Of a stretch of DNA of 64,000 nucleotides, positions 36,218 to 47,336 are shown in pieces. Position numbers and translations under genes: made by a program. The stretch is from a virus. The notes beneath the pieces were generated by a model. It was not told where the DNA came from. It did not search any database and saw nothing but the letters and a program-made list of their open reading frames with translations. Location: IMG/VR virus record IMGVR_UViG_3300045996_003161. One strand, given 5' to 3'. Positions within the stretch are counted from its first letter, which is position 1. The number at the start of each line of letters is the position of its first letter.

Positions 36218-38664
36218 GCTTTCAAGATTTTCGTAAATATAGTAGCTCTCGTCAAAATTCTAAAATTAAAGCTCTTCTCCAACGTTTAGAGAAATTCGAA
36301 TCTGAAGCTAATCCTGTTGAAAACAATAACCTTTTTGCATTAGGTTTTACTAGTCGTAACTTTCTTACTTTTCATGATAATCTTGCTTTTTCCCGTTTAC
36401 ATACTCTTGCAGATGATGATGATTATAAATTAACTGCTGAACCTGACGGGAATTTATTTAAATTATGGTTTACGTTTGACGGAATAACGGAATTAGAGGA
36501 TCATGCGTTATGGGGTCATATAGGTACTATTTACGGCGATAGCGGCTGTGACGCATTGGCCGAAGGTGTCTATGAGGGAATAGGAGCCGGAGGAACAATT
36601 TGTATGAAATTCAATGGAACCAATAAATATATTCAGGTTCTTCCATCGGAGCATTTAACAATAAATAATAAATCACAATTTTCAATTTTTATGCGTTTCA
36701 AAGTTGATGATGTAACTCAAACCCAAACCCTATTTGAAAAGTATGATGATTTAAATGGCTCATATGCTTACAAGGCAATCATAACAAACAGAAGAGTTGT
36801 ATTTATGGTAAGTGTAAATGGAACAGGATATACCAAGGTTAATAACGCAAATTTGGTAAATAATACATGGTATGATGTTTGGATGAGACGTGATAATATT
36901 ACACTAACAGTTTATGTAAATGGTTCAGATGCTACTGCTGGCTTAAATTCAGCAGGTTTCAGTGAAGAAGGTTTTAGTTCTGGTGGATTCACAACAAGAT
37001 TTCCTCCAGTTGAATTTGAACCTATTCCTACCGGTACAGGAGTGGGTACTTCATTACTTATAGGCGTGGATGGAACGTTACAGTCATTCTTTAAGGGTTA
37101 TATTCAGGATTTTCGCATTTGGGGAAAACTTGTATCTTCTACTGAGATTTCTAATCAATGGACAAACAAAGTAAGTGTTTCAAATATTGCTTTTGAGCGA
37201 TGTGCCGTTGTAGGATATGCTCCAATACGTTCTGCGAGGAGAAGAAGTTTTACGGAAACAATCACATTTGTTGATTCTCTTACCGTAACTTATAAACCTA
37301 CTAATCCAAAGTTACGTTCTATTTCTAATAGTGTTACTTTTAGTGATTCAATTACCCCTCTTACGAACGTTATCAAACCTGCTAATGTAGATGATACATT
37401 TACTTTTGGTGATTCTATATCAATATTTAGAGGAGCAACTCAGGTCAAAGTAGGAGCAATAGTAAAATCTACTCAAACAACAGGTTTACCTCTTACTGTC
37501 AATTATGCAACAGACGTTGGATTTAGACCAAAATTTATGTTATTTTGGGGGTCAAATGCAACATCATATAATTCATTCAGCCAAGATCCTAGATTTTTCA
37601 TGGGTTTTTCTGATGGTACAAATAATATTGCTTATTGTGCAAGTTCAAATGATGGTACAGATACAACTGATACTGCAAAGGGTTTATATAATTCTGCAAT
37701 TCTTGGAATAGACTATGACAATAATCTTGAATTTAAAGCAAATTGTACATTTTCAGATACAGGATTTAGTCTTATTTATTCTAATAACAATAATGTTGCT
37801 TCTATTATTAATTTTGTTGCTATAGGAGGATCTACAATTACTAATATAAAGGTGGGAAGTTTTGCTCAACCAACATCTGCTACTGGCCTATTTTCAGTTA
37901 CGGATGTAGGATTTAGTTCTGATGCTGTATTTTTATTGCCTACTCAATTTGCTACTATAAATTCGAAGACAGTTAATTTTGGCTTTTCCTTTGGGGCATT
38001 TAATACAAGTCAGGAATTTTCTATTTCAGGAACAGATCAAGATAACGTTGGAACAACAGTAACTAGGAGAATTTCACGTAGCGATAGACTTATTACAATG
38101 TTAGGATCAGAACCTACTGGAATTCATACTGTTATGAAGATGGCTGATCTATCAGAGATTACACCAACTGGGTTTGATCTTAATTATGATGTTAATCAGG
38201 CTACAGGTGCAACAGCGGGATTATGTGGATATGCAGCACTCAAAGGGATTAAATGTGCAATTGGAAAATTTACCGTAGCATCTGGTACTGGTATTCAGAC
38301 AGTTACTAATTCTAGTATTTCATTCAAACCATTAGTAATGATATTTATGTCTCATGGAAGAGTAGTTCAAACTAATACTACTCCATTAACAGAATGTAAA
38401 CTTTCAATAGGTGCAGCGGTTGATTCTTTAAATCGACGTTCATCTCATTTACACAGTGCAGATGCTTTAGGAGAAGGAACTGCGGTACATCAAGGAAAAT
38501 CAAATTCTACTTTAACTGTGTTCGAAGCAAACGATAGTCACAGTAATTCAACTACACAATTAAGTTTTGATATTGTCTCTATGAATCAGGGGGAATTTAC
38601 TATAAATAAAACTGTATATAATACAAGCAATACTATAGATATTCATTACATTGCGTTAGCTTAA
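36214..38664 (+). CDS. Tail fibre/adhesin with a LamG (ConA-like) domain and a C-terminal GFxPK module
   Basis: FNGTNKYIQV, LVNNTWYDV, LTVYVNG, FKGYIQDFRIW; GFRPKFMLF. Confidence 0.85.
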   Translation: MSFQDFRKYSSSRQNSKIKALLQRLEKFESEANPVENNNLFALGFTSRNFLTFHDNLAFSRLHTLADDDDYKLTAEPDGNLFKLWFTFDGITELEDHALWGHIGTIYGDSGCDALAEGVYEGIGAGGTICMKFNGTNKYIQVLPSEHLTINNKSQFSIFMRFKVDDVTQTQTLFEKYDDLNGSYAYKAIITNRRVVFMVSVNGTGYTKVNNANLVNNTWYDVWMRRDNITLTVYVNGSDATAGLNSAGFSEEGFSSGGFTTRFPPVEFEPIPTGTGVGTSLLIGVDGTLQSFFKGYIQDFRIWGKLVSSTEISNQWTNKVSVSNIAFERCAVVGYAPIRSARRRSFTETITFVDSLTVTYKPTNPKLRSISNSVTFSDSITPLTNVIKPANVDDTFTFGDSISIFRGATQVKVGAIVKSTQTTGLPLTVNYATDVGFRPKFMLFWGSNATSYNSFSQDPRFFMGFSDGTNNIAYCASSNDGTDTTDTAKGLYNSAILGIDYDNNLEFKANCTFSDTGFSLIYSNNNNVASIINFVAIGGSTITNIKVGSFAQPTSATGLFSVTDVGFSSDAVFLLPTQFATINSKTVNFGFSFGAFNTSQEFSISGTDQDNVGTTVTRRISRSDRLITMLGSEPTGIHTVMKMADLSEITPTGFDLNYDVNQATGATAGLCGYAALKGIKCAIGKFTVASGTGIQTVTNSSISFKPLVMIFMSHGRVVQTNTTPLTECKLSIGAAVDSLNRRSSHLHSADALGEGTAVHQGKSNSTLTVFEANDSHSNSTTQLSFDIVSMNQGEFTINKTVYNTSNTIDIHYIALA

Positions 38665-38700
38665 TAGTTATTAAATGTTTCTATATAATATCATTTTCTG

Positions 38701-39672
38701 ATGTCTAGTGAGATTCTTGTTTCCCTTTTAGGTGGAGCTTGGGTCGGAGAGAATAATCTTTCTGCTCCACGTATGAATGCTAAAACCGTTTGGGTTGGAA
38801 CGGGTGCAGCTTTATCTAATCTTTCTCCCACTTATCCCGGTCAGATAGCAGTATGTAGTTCAACCGAAAGTGGATTTATTAAAGATTCTGTTTATTATCG
38901 TGATACAGATAATGCAGGATGGTTATTCCTATCAATGTCTAAGCATACTCATAATGTTGACGATCATTTATCAGGTGGTCTTTATACTGATATAATGTAT
39001 GATAATCTTATGAATGCTTATCAATGGGGTTCATTAAGTGTTACAAAGGAAATGTTTCATAATATTGTAGCTGGTTCGGCAACAATTACCAATGATTTAA
39101 GTTCTGCGTCCGGAAAAGTTGTTTTAGATTCTGGGGCTATTGCTAATGATTATGCACAGAGCGTAGTACCGCCGGGGGCTAAATTATCTTTTGCACGTAA
39201 ATCTAGGTTATTAGCGAAAGTTGGAGTTACGTTTGGAGGTAGTGGAGTAACAAATTACATTACAAGAATTGGTGTTGCTGGGGAAGATATTAACGGAGCA
39301 AATACTACAAGTAATAAATATGGTATTGAAGCTTGTTCTCAAGATTCTCAGGTTAATTGGATGATATTTAGTGCTAATGCAGGAACTAGAACTGGAGGAA
39401 CAGTAACAAGTTCTCCTGTAGATGCTGGTTATGATTCAAGTGGTAAAGGTTATAGATTAGATCATACACCGAACCTTGATATAAAATTTTATAATAATGG
39501 TGTAAATTGTGGTGCTAATTGTACAAAAACAAGTAATAATCCAAATTCTGGAAATACAGGAACAGATTATGTATTACGATTAGGAATAAAATCTACTAAT
39601 ACCAATGCGAAGAAGATGGCGTTATTCGGTATTAGACTTATAGGAACCATTTCAGATGCCGCTTGGGCATAG
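38701..39672 (+). CDS. Putative tail/virion structural protein
   Basis: Beta-rich, G/S/T-rich; TAGTT 31 nt upstream. Confidence 0.65.
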   Translation: MSSEILVSLLGGAWVGENNLSAPRMNAKTVWVGTGAALSNLSPTYPGQIAVCSSTESGFIKDSVYYRDTDNAGWLFLSMSKHTHNVDDHLSGGLYTDIMYDNLMNAYQWGSLSVTKEMFHNIVAGSATITNDLSSASGKVVLDSGAIANDYAQSVVPPGAKLSFARKSRLLAKVGVTFGGSGVTNYITRIGVAGEDINGANTTSNKYGIEACSQDSQVNWMIFSANAGTRTGGTVTSSPVDAGYDSSGKGYRLDHTPNLDIKFYNNGVNCGANCTKTSNNPNSGNTGTDYVLRLGIKSTNTNAKKMALFGIRLIGTISDAAWA

Positions 39673-40060
39673 AGAATTAGTTCGACTCAAGATGACTCCT
39701 CAGGAGGTTAATAATTTTAACCCTCCACAAGGAATTGATATTACTTGGCATGATTATGATTATTATCAAGGAGAAGTTACAGCTTCAATTACGGGGCTAG
39801 AATGGTCAGCTCCTGATGATACATATTTAGTATATAAAGAAGAAGTTAATCATATGTTAGCTGATTTGAAGATTGCTCAAGATGGAATTAGAAGTAGTAA
39901 ATATCCAATACCATTTATTCGTAGTATTGATACACGTAAAAGTTTTCTTGAAGATACTGAATATGATTATTTAATTAGTAAAGGAAAAACTAACACTGAA
40001 ACTTTTTATGGTAAAAATAGAAAAACATATAAGTTAGAAACTGTAGGATTTGTAGTATGA
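39656..40060 (+). CDS. Hypothetical protein (tail module)
   Basis: ORF track. Confidence 0.6.
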   Translation: MPLGHRELVRLKMTPQEVNNFNPPQGIDITWHDYDYYQGEVTASITGLEWSAPDDTYLVYKEEVNHMLADLKIAQDGIRSSKYPIPFIRSIDTRKSFLEDTEYDYLISKGKTNTETFYGKNRKTYKLETVGFVV

Positions 40061-40275
40061 TAGATTCAAAATCAACTACAATAGTGTTTCATACAGTAAG
40101 TAAAAATGATGGTATGTTAATTCAGGTTAGTAAAAGATTTATAGATGATTTATTAGAGTGCTTTGATGACAGACTAGAAAAGCTTACAAAATTTAGTAAT
40201 ACAAGGGAAGAACAACATGATAGAATTATTAGCTATAGAAATCAAATTATGAAACAAATAACACGATTAACATAA
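40057..40275 (+). CDS. Hypothetical protein
   Basis: ORF track. Confidence 0.55.
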   Translation: MIDSKSTTIVFHTVSKNDGMLIQVSKRFIDDLLECFDDRLEKLTKFSNTREEQHDRIISYRNQIMKQITRLT

Positions 40276-40281
40276 TGACTG

Positions 40282-40593
40282 ATGAATGTTTCCTTACAAA
40301 TAAGACTTGATAATTCATTACTGAAAAATATAGTAAAAAATGGGATATTCCCAGATTCCTTAGAGAATGTACTAGCATTACGAGTACATGATTTATTAAG
40401 AAAATATACTATTCCCTATAAAGATATTTATAGAAAAGTAACACGCTCACAGGGAGTATTATTCAGTTTATATGAAATAAGTATAACAATTATTGATATT
40501 GAATTTGATATAGGTCAGTTAAAACTTTTATTCACAGAATGTCTTAATCCATTCGCTCATCAGATTAGAAAGATAAATATGGTAGTTCATTAA
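40282..40593 (+). CDS. Hypothetical protein
   Basis: ORF track. Confidence 0.55.
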   Translation: MNVSLQIRLDNSLLKNIVKNGIFPDSLENVLALRVHDLLRKYTIPYKDIYRKVTRSQGVLFSLYEISITIIDIEFDIGQLKLLFTECLNPFAHQIRKINMVVH

Positions 40594-40635
40594 TCAATAG
40601 TTCATTAAATGTAACAAACGCATGGACTCTCATCC

Positions 40636-43600
40636 ATGGTTGTTCTGCCTAATGATATTAGATTCTTTTATTCAGGTGGTACTGATAATCAAAATCCACT
40701 TGCAAGTTTAGGTGGCCAAATTTCTGTTACTCAAATTATTAATGAATCTCAAGAAAACGTCTTCAATAATGTTACATTAATTGAAGCTGATAACGGATTA
40801 ACAGATTACCGTTGTTTTTACGTAAAAAATGTAGGTCAAGAATTATGGAGAAATGCGGTTATTTGGCGAGAACAAGGTACACAATCTGGATTTGATAGTA
40901 TTGGTATTGGGTTAGGAACTTCTATAATTGATGGTACTGAACAAATAGTATTAGATAGGTTTACAGCTCCTATAAACGTTAATTTTGCTGGCCCTGATAG
41001 TAAGGAAAGTGCTTTACTGCTAGGTGATCTTGCCCCCGGTTCACATAAAGCAATTTGGGTAAGAAGGATAGTAGAACCTTTAGCAAGAACATTCAAGAAC
41101 AATACATTTAAATTAAGAGTTGAATTAGGAAATCCCGCTGGTAGCGGTGGTGGCGGAGGAACGCCACCGGGAAATCCGCCCGGTCTGCCCGGAACTGGTG
41201 GCGGTGGAGGAACTGGAACGGGATGTCAGACAGGATATCATAAAGTAAATGGTGTGTGTATTCCTGATACAGTACCTCCTATTACTGGAGGTGGAGGAGA
41301 AAATATTTTATGGCAATCTACTGCATGGTCTAATGGTCATGATAGAACAATTACCTCTCATAATGCTAGAGATCCCGATGATCCTACATTATCATTTGGT
41401 GCTGGTGAAAACAGAGAATTAATTATTAAAGGTGCATCAGATCCCGGATTTGTTAATCATACAGGTGCCAGAACTCGTATATATGTAGATCAATTTGGTA
41501 CTACTACTAATCATTATAATGCTTCACTAGAAATTCAAAAGTTTTATATTAATTCTTCACTCGATGGGTTATCTCTTAGATTACGTTCACGTCATAATGA
41601 AGATGATCCCACAACTAATCGTTTTGGAGGCTATAATATGTCAGTACATCATACAGAAATTGAAGCTCAACGTGAAAATTATCATAACGATCATACTAGT
41701 CTTACACCTTCTACTATATCCCTTCCTCATGCATTGGTAAATGGAACCGAGTATGGTATAAGATATTCATGCAGAGATACAACAGATGGAAAAGTAGAAT
41801 TAAAAATGGAATTAAAAGGTGGTGCATATGGAACAAGTTATGTTGAAGTAGCTAAAGCATATGATAATAATCCATCATCCTATATGCTTGATAAACAACT
41901 TTACCTTAATAATCGTTCGTATTTCTGGATAAGGACTAATGGAGATGCTCCAGAAGATGTTAGATATGGTTTTGTTGTTTTCAGAGATTTAGACAAAAGT
42001 TCTGTTACATCATGCCCTGCTGGGTATACACTTAAAAATGGGGTCTGTGTTGCTGATACACTTCCTACTACTCAACCTCCTCCTTCAGGTGGTGGAGGGG
42101 CTACAATTGCAGATTATACAGCTACGGCAGTTGGTGATACTACTTGTGGTAGTACAGCTCAAACTATTGTTAGTAGAATCGTAGGTAGAAATCCTAATTT
42201 CCATATACCTTTAGGTGATTATACATATACCAGTTCAACTGCTTGTTGGTTATCCATGATGACTCCTCTAAAATCTAAAATATTTTCTATGAATATTGGA
42301 AATCATGATGATGAAGAAGATGAAAGTAACACGTTACGATCACAATATTTATCTTGGGTTAATTTATCTCAACCATACCATGCTTTTACATTTCGGAATA
42401 CATTTGTACTTACCCTTTATACTTATGCTCCGTTTGGGTTTGGTTCTGGTTCAGCTCAATTTCAATTTGCACAACAGCAATTAGCGGCTGCGAGGGCTAA
42501 CCCTGCGATTGACTGGATTATTGTTAATTTCCACAAACCAATTTATACTGCTGCATCTAATCATTCTGGTTATACAGCTTTTCGTGATGTTTATCACCCA
42601 TTATTCGATCAATATAAAGTAGATTTATGTTTATCTGGGCACGTACACAATTATCAGCGTACTAAACCACTTAAATATACTGGTACTGGAACTGGTAATA
42701 GTATAGCTAACAATCAGACTACAGGTTATATAAATCTTGTTAATCCGATATTTGTAATTGCCGGGTGTGGAGGAAGAGAAATAAGTTCAATTAGTGACCA
42801 ACCATCCTATAATGCTGGTCAACGTGAAGGATATGGTTATGTACTTATGTCATGGTCAAACAATGGTAAAAAGCTTACATGTAGACATTATGATCAAACA
42901 GATACTTTACGTGATGAATGGACAATGGACAAAACTGCGGTCAGCCAACCCCCACCACCCCCCAGCGGAGGAGGGGGAACAACGCCACCACCAACTACAG
43001 GAGGCCAAATAGATAGTAATGGAATTAAATGGTTACTAGCAACAGGTCAACAATCTGTAATTCCTAATTCAAGATATGATAAAAGTGGAGATGAAAATGA
43101 TTTTCGTTGGTCAGAAGTTTATCCTAATTTGAGAGATAATGGATTTGAAGTTACAGCATATGGTATATTTGAGACTACTAATGGTGATGCTCATTTTGCT
43201 CTCAAACATTGGGGAGGAAATCATAGTGGAGATTGTCAATATAGCGAAGGAGGGAGTTGTTGCTGTTGGTATGACACGGGTATACGTGAAAATGGAGCGG
43301 TACAATTACAAATTGAGCGACCTCACCCCTCAAATGATGACTTTAGTGCTACTACATTTATGAGTAATATTGGAGTAGGTATGTCTAATAATACTATTGG
43401 CCTTAAATGGATAATATATCCAATTCAAGAAGGTGGAGATGTTGATCGTGGTGGAGTAAAGTTGAAAATGTATGTAGATACTAGTGGATTTTCAGCAAGT
43501 AAACCACAAAATCAATGGAGATTAGTGTATGATATTACGGACACTGGACAAATATTAGGTGATTATCCAGCTCCAGAAGAACAGGAAATTGAAGTTCGTA

Positions 43601-45516
43601 ATTCAGATACTAATGATACTGTTATGTATGGTGGAGGAATTCACTGGAGAAGATTAAGTAGGGCTGATATTAATGCAGGGGGTACGAGTGGCGGTGGTGG
43701 AACTACACCTCCCCCATCTTCACCAGCTCAACCTCCTACAAATGTTACATACTATTATGATTCAACTACCACACAAAACACACCACAAACTATAGATGCA
43801 GAAGAGTATGATAGTACAGAAGGTATTATTGCATGTAGGCCAAATAATGGTATCACCTCAACAGTAATTTCAGGTGGATATATTAATGTTAAAAGTAATA
43901 ATTCTTCTGGTGGTATATATATTGACTACTGGAAGAAACCTCGGTTTACTCAGGATAATTTACCGGGATTTAATCAGGTAGTCTCATTTTCCTTTCTGTA
44001 TGAAGGACAAGGAAGTATTACTGTTAAATCTGCAAATGAAATGACAGAAACAAATTGGGATAATCTTGATACTGTATTCGGTGGGTTCATGGTATTTTTA
44101 AATACTTCCCTAGTTACTACGGAGGGATATTCTAATGAAGTAAGTTTCCGAGCAAGATATTATGATAATATAAACAGTCCAGATCTCGCTGTACCACAAC
44201 CGAGCTGGCTAGGACGTAATTCTCCAAGAACTCCTGTAGGTACATATCCTTTTCCAGCAGGAAAAACATTTGTAAATGGGAACATTTATAAAGTATTTAT
44301 TACTTATCGAACTAATCAAACAGCACAAACTGTTGTAATAACTGTATGGTTAGACTTTAGTGATGGAGTTGGATGGAGAAAAATTGTTGATTCTCATACA
44401 TTTGATAGACTTAATTGGCTTCCGGGTACTGTTCCACAAGGCTATGATGATACGGAACAGATTGAACAAGGGCCTGACTTAATAAAACGACATAGAATAG
44501 TTATACGTAACAATAATGTAGATCAAGGATCTAATACTGATCTAAAGGTTAAAGATATAAAAATTGGTACAATGCCATATTTACCAGATCCTATAATTAC
44601 TAATCCCCCCGGCGGCGGTGGAACAACAAATCCACCTCCAGACGATCCAGATCCTCCATCCGGAACTTCTGGTAATGACGCAAATGGTGTAAAAATGATT
44701 TATCCAACTAAGGCAAGTGGAGATACATTTTTATGGGATTTGTCAGGTTCTAATTCCCGAATTGCTGGGCAAAATGTAACTGCTGTTAGAAGTACATCAG
44801 GTGGCCCATGGGCATTTAGTAAGAATTCAACAAATCCATTCCGTATATATATTTATACAAAAGAAAATAGTATTAGTAATATAAATACAACTCAATTATC
44901 TACCATTCCCCCTATAAGTACATTTAATCATAATTCACTTGCAACTTTAGGTTATTTCTATCAAGCTAGGGATTGGAAAAACATTGAATTTACAATTTAC
45001 TTTTCTACAGACATGATTGTAGTAAATGATCAAGAATTACCAAGTACTCAAACATCTTTCTTAAGTTTAATTGCTAGATCTGCTAATCATACTACTGCTA
45101 ATGGTGGATGTGGAGGATCATCATATCATGCTGATTTTAATATTCAAACAGGTGGTATTAGATTTAAAAAAGAGCAATATCATAGTTCATATGCTACTGA
45201 TTCATTTACTGCTACGAATATTGGTTCCTCACAGGGTAGGTGGATGGGTCTGAAATTCGTCGTTTGGAATAGATCATCTGATGGAAAAGTTGAAATGGAA
45301 ATATGGGTAGATAAAGATGCAACAAATAGTTGGGTAAAATATTTAGGAAAAATTGATGCTGATGATTGGGGAACTGGAGCAGCTCAATGTGCGGGAACGC
45401 CGCCGGGTAAAAAGATTACTTGGGGATCACCTGTTACAATGTTAAAAATGGATGTAACTCAAACAACGTTATTTATATCATACTTGTCTGTTAGAGAGAT
45501 TACTCCTCCAAGTTAA
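40636..45516 (+). CDS. 1626-aa modular virion-type protein: phage-type N-terminal domain, beta domains, purple-acid-phosphatase-like domain, Pro/Gly linkers
   Basis: YSGG..N.NP..SLGG...YRCFYVKN; GDTTC, GDYTY, GNHD, FHKP and GHVH motifs. Confidence 0.85.
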   Translation: MVVLPNDIRFFYSGGTDNQNPLASLGGQISVTQIINESQENVFNNVTLIEADNGLTDYRCFYVKNVGQELWRNAVIWREQGTQSGFDSIGIGLGTSIIDGTEQIVLDRFTAPINVNFAGPDSKESALLLGDLAPGSHKAIWVRRIVEPLARTFKNNTFKLRVELGNPAGSGGGGGTPPGNPPGLPGTGGGGGTGTGCQTGYHKVNGVCIPDTVPPITGGGGENILWQSTAWSNGHDRTITSHNARDPDDPTLSFGAGENRELIIKGASDPGFVNHTGARTRIYVDQFGTTTNHYNASLEIQKFYINSSLDGLSLRLRSRHNEDDPTTNRFGGYNMSVHHTEIEAQRENYHNDHTSLTPSTISLPHALVNGTEYGIRYSCRDTTDGKVELKMELKGGAYGTSYVEVAKAYDNNPSSYMLDKQLYLNNRSYFWIRTNGDAPEDVRYGFVVFRDLDKSSVTSCPAGYTLKNGVCVADTLPTTQPPPSGGGGATIADYTATAVGDTTCGSTAQTIVSRIVGRNPNFHIPLGDYTYTSSTACWLSMMTPLKSKIFSMNIGNHDDEEDESNTLRSQYLSWVNLSQPYHAFTFRNTFVLTLYTYAPFGFGSGSAQFQFAQQQLAAARANPAIDWIIVNFHKPIYTAASNHSGYTAFRDVYHPLFDQYKVDLCLSGHVHNYQRTKPLKYTGTGTGNSIANNQTTGYINLVNPIFVIAGCGGREISSISDQPSYNAGQREGYGYVLMSWSNNGKKLTCRHYDQTDTLRDEWTMDKTAVSQPPPPPSGGGGTTPPPTTGGQIDSNGIKWLLATGQQSVIPNSRYDKSGDENDFRWSEVYPNLRDNGFEVTAYGIFETTNGDAHFALKHWGGNHSGDCQYSEGGSCCCWYDTGIRENGAVQLQIERPHPSNDDFSATTFMSNIGVGMSNNTIGLKWIIYPIQEGGDVDRGGVKLKMYVDTSGFSASKPQNQWRLVYDITDTGQILGDYPAPEEQEIEVRNSDTNDTVMYGGGIHWRRLSRADINAGGTSGGGGTTPPPSSPAQPPTNVTYYYDSTTTQNTPQTIDAEEYDSTEGIIACRPNNGITSTVISGGYINVKSNNSSGGIYIDYWKKPRFTQDNLPGFNQVVSFSFLYEGQGSITVKSANEMTETNWDNLDTVFGGFMVFLNTSLVTTEGYSNEVSFRARYYDNINSPDLAVPQPSWLGRNSPRTPVGTYPFPAGKTFVNGNIYKVFITYRTNQTAQTVVITVWLDFSDGVGWRKIVDSHTFDRLNWLPGTVPQGYDDTEQIEQGPDLIKRHRIVIRNNNVDQGSNTDLKVKDIKIGTMPYLPDPIITNPPGGGGTTNPPPDDPDPPSGTSGNDANGVKMIYPTKASGDTFLWDLSGSNSRIAGQNVTAVRSTSGGPWAFSKNSTNPFRIYIYTKENSISNINTTQLSTIPPISTFNHNSLATLGYFYQARDWKNIEFTIYFSTDMIVVNDQELPSTQTSFLSLIARSANHTTANGGCGGSSYHADFNIQTGGIRFKKEQYHSSYATDSFTATNIGSSQGRWMGLKFVVWNRSSDGKVEMEIWVDKDATNSWVKYLGKIDADDWGTGAAQCAGTPPGKKITWGSPVTMLKMDVTQTTLFISYLSVREITPPS

Positions 45517-47006
45517 ATATATACTGTACAAGCAAGATCATAAGTAAGATCTTCCACATAATGACTACTAGGATTGGGTTCACGTCGTACTAAACAAGTT
45601 CTTGAACCATCATAAGGATCACTTTGATTAATCCCTACTTTTAGATATGTTTGAGCTGTTCCTTCAGTATAAACTAATACTAATCTATCATCTTTAGCCA
45701 TACGATGAGAATTGTTTAAATCCTCAAAATACACTACTGTATCACCTTGAGGTAATGTAGTAACATCAATTGAACCAAATGTTGTAACTATATCATTTCC
45801 TGAATTCTTCTTGATATATAAAGTTGCCGTTCCTATAGCTCCTCCATATTTTGACATAATCATATCAACACGTCGAATTTTCTTTCCAATAAGTTGAGAT
45901 TTATCATTTACATTATTATTTTGAACAGAATTATCATGAGCGATTAAACCCACATGATCTCTATTATGATCAAGCGTTATATCATGAGTTTTCGGAACAG
46001 TAAATAGTACTTGTAATGGAGGAACATCAACTAGTAATCCTGAACAACCATCTGATTCATTAAAGTTAATATTATATACACCAATAAGGTTTGCAAAAAC
46101 GGCTCCTGTAATAGGCTCTTCTACTGGTGGTGGGTCAGTTGATCCCGGTGGTGGATCTGGGTCAGGGTCAGGGTCAGGATCTGGGTTACTTCCTCCAAGT
46201 AAAGTTATATCAATCTCTCTGATACTTAATTTCTTGAATGTTACATTCCCATTACCTCCTTCCCATTTGTAAAATACATATGGCCCTCCATGAATTCCTA
46301 TATAATCTGGGCCTCCGTCGGCACTTCCTGTTCCAGTAGTTTTTTGACATGCTCCAGCTTGTGATCCCCATCCTCCAGAATCAACGAATTCATCTACTTT
46401 TACCCATGTATTAGTTTCATCTGCATCGATATAAGTTTCTCCTCTAACATTAGTATTATTATTAATATTAAAAATTACAAATTTAAAACCTACCCATTTA
46501 TCCTTAGGGGCAGTTACTGCTGTGGTCTTCTCAGGTGTTGATGATTGATTAACATGCCACTGTTCTTTGACAAAGCGAACCTTACCTGTTTTTAGGTTAA
46601 ATGTGGATTTATAGGCAAATCCTTCGCATTTTTTATCTGAAAAATGTCTACCAGTTCTAACATAAAAAGCCATAACTTTATCAGATGTTCCAGAATAATT
46701 AAAATATGCAGTAACTTCAATATTTTTCCAGTCTTTAGCATCCATATAATAGCCTCGTTCTTTCAATGTATTATGATTAGTAGTTATATTTGATTGAACA
46801 AATCCTGCACTGGTTGTTATTCCTATTCTAACATCATCTTGTTTAGTAATAGTATAATCTTCTGATGCTGATCTATAGGTAATTGTACCGTTATCTCCAT
46901 ATATATCTACTCTTCCATCCGCCATAGGGTTAGTATCAATAACCCATGATTCCCCGTTAATTTTGGATGGATAAATCATTTGTACACCTAATTGATCATT
47001 AGCCAT
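45513..47006 (-). CDS. Modular beta-rich protein sharing a domain with the C-terminus of 40636..45516; (DP)n linker
   Basis: DQLGVQMIYPSK vs DANGVKMIYPTK; DWKNIEVTAYF vs DWKNIEFTIYF. Confidence 0.85.
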   Translation of the reverse strand: MANDQLGVQMIYPSKINGESWVIDTNPMADGRVDIYGDNGTITYRSASEDYTITKQDDVRIGITTSAGFVQSNITTNHNTLKERGYYMDAKDWKNIEVTAYFNYSGTSDKVMAFYVRTGRHFSDKKCEGFAYKSTFNLKTGKVRFVKEQWHVNQSSTPEKTTAVTAPKDKWVGFKFVIFNINNNTNVRGETYIDADETNTWVKVDEFVDSGGWGSQAGACQKTTGTGSADGGPDYIGIHGGPYVFYKWEGGNGNVTFKKLSIREIDITLLGGSNPDPDPDPDPDPPPGSTDPPPVEEPITGAVFANLIGVYNINFNESDGCSGLLVDVPPLQVLFTVPKTHDITLDHNRDHVGLIAHDNSVQNNNVNDKSQLIGKKIRRVDMIMSKYGGAIGTATLYIKKNSGNDIVTTFGSIDVTTLPQGDTVVYFEDLNNSHRMAKDDRLVLVYTEGTAQTYLKVGINQSDPYDGSRTCLVRREPNPSSHYVEDLTYDLACTVYI

Positions 47007-47101
47007 AAGATCTGAGCTTAGATTTTGGTATTTATGACAACTAAGTTTACCTTATTTCAGTTTCAATAGTTGTTTTGTTTGATTTATTTAAAAGTTTTCA
47101 T

Positions 47102-47290
47102 ATGAAGTTACAGAAAGGAGCGATTCTATCAAAGAATAATGCAAGTTACATTACATGTGTGAAATGCGGCAGAGAGTTAAATATCTTTAATGAATACGAT
47201 TATTATGATCTAAATGGATCATTCATTAAAGAATGCTGCGGGAAAATTCACACACTTACTCAACATACTTATATCTTCCAATATAACTAA
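47102..47290 (+). CDS. Small Zn-finger protein
   Basis: CVKC...CCG; ATG 47102 fits motif spacing better than the track start at 47075. Confidence 0.55.
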   Translation: MKLQKGAILSKNNASYITCVKCGRELNIFNEYDYYDLNGSFIKECCGKIHTLTQHTYIFQYN

Positions 47291-47336
47291 GAGGAATCTT
47301 AGTTCTCTTTTTTATCTTTCCTTATAATTTCTCCAT

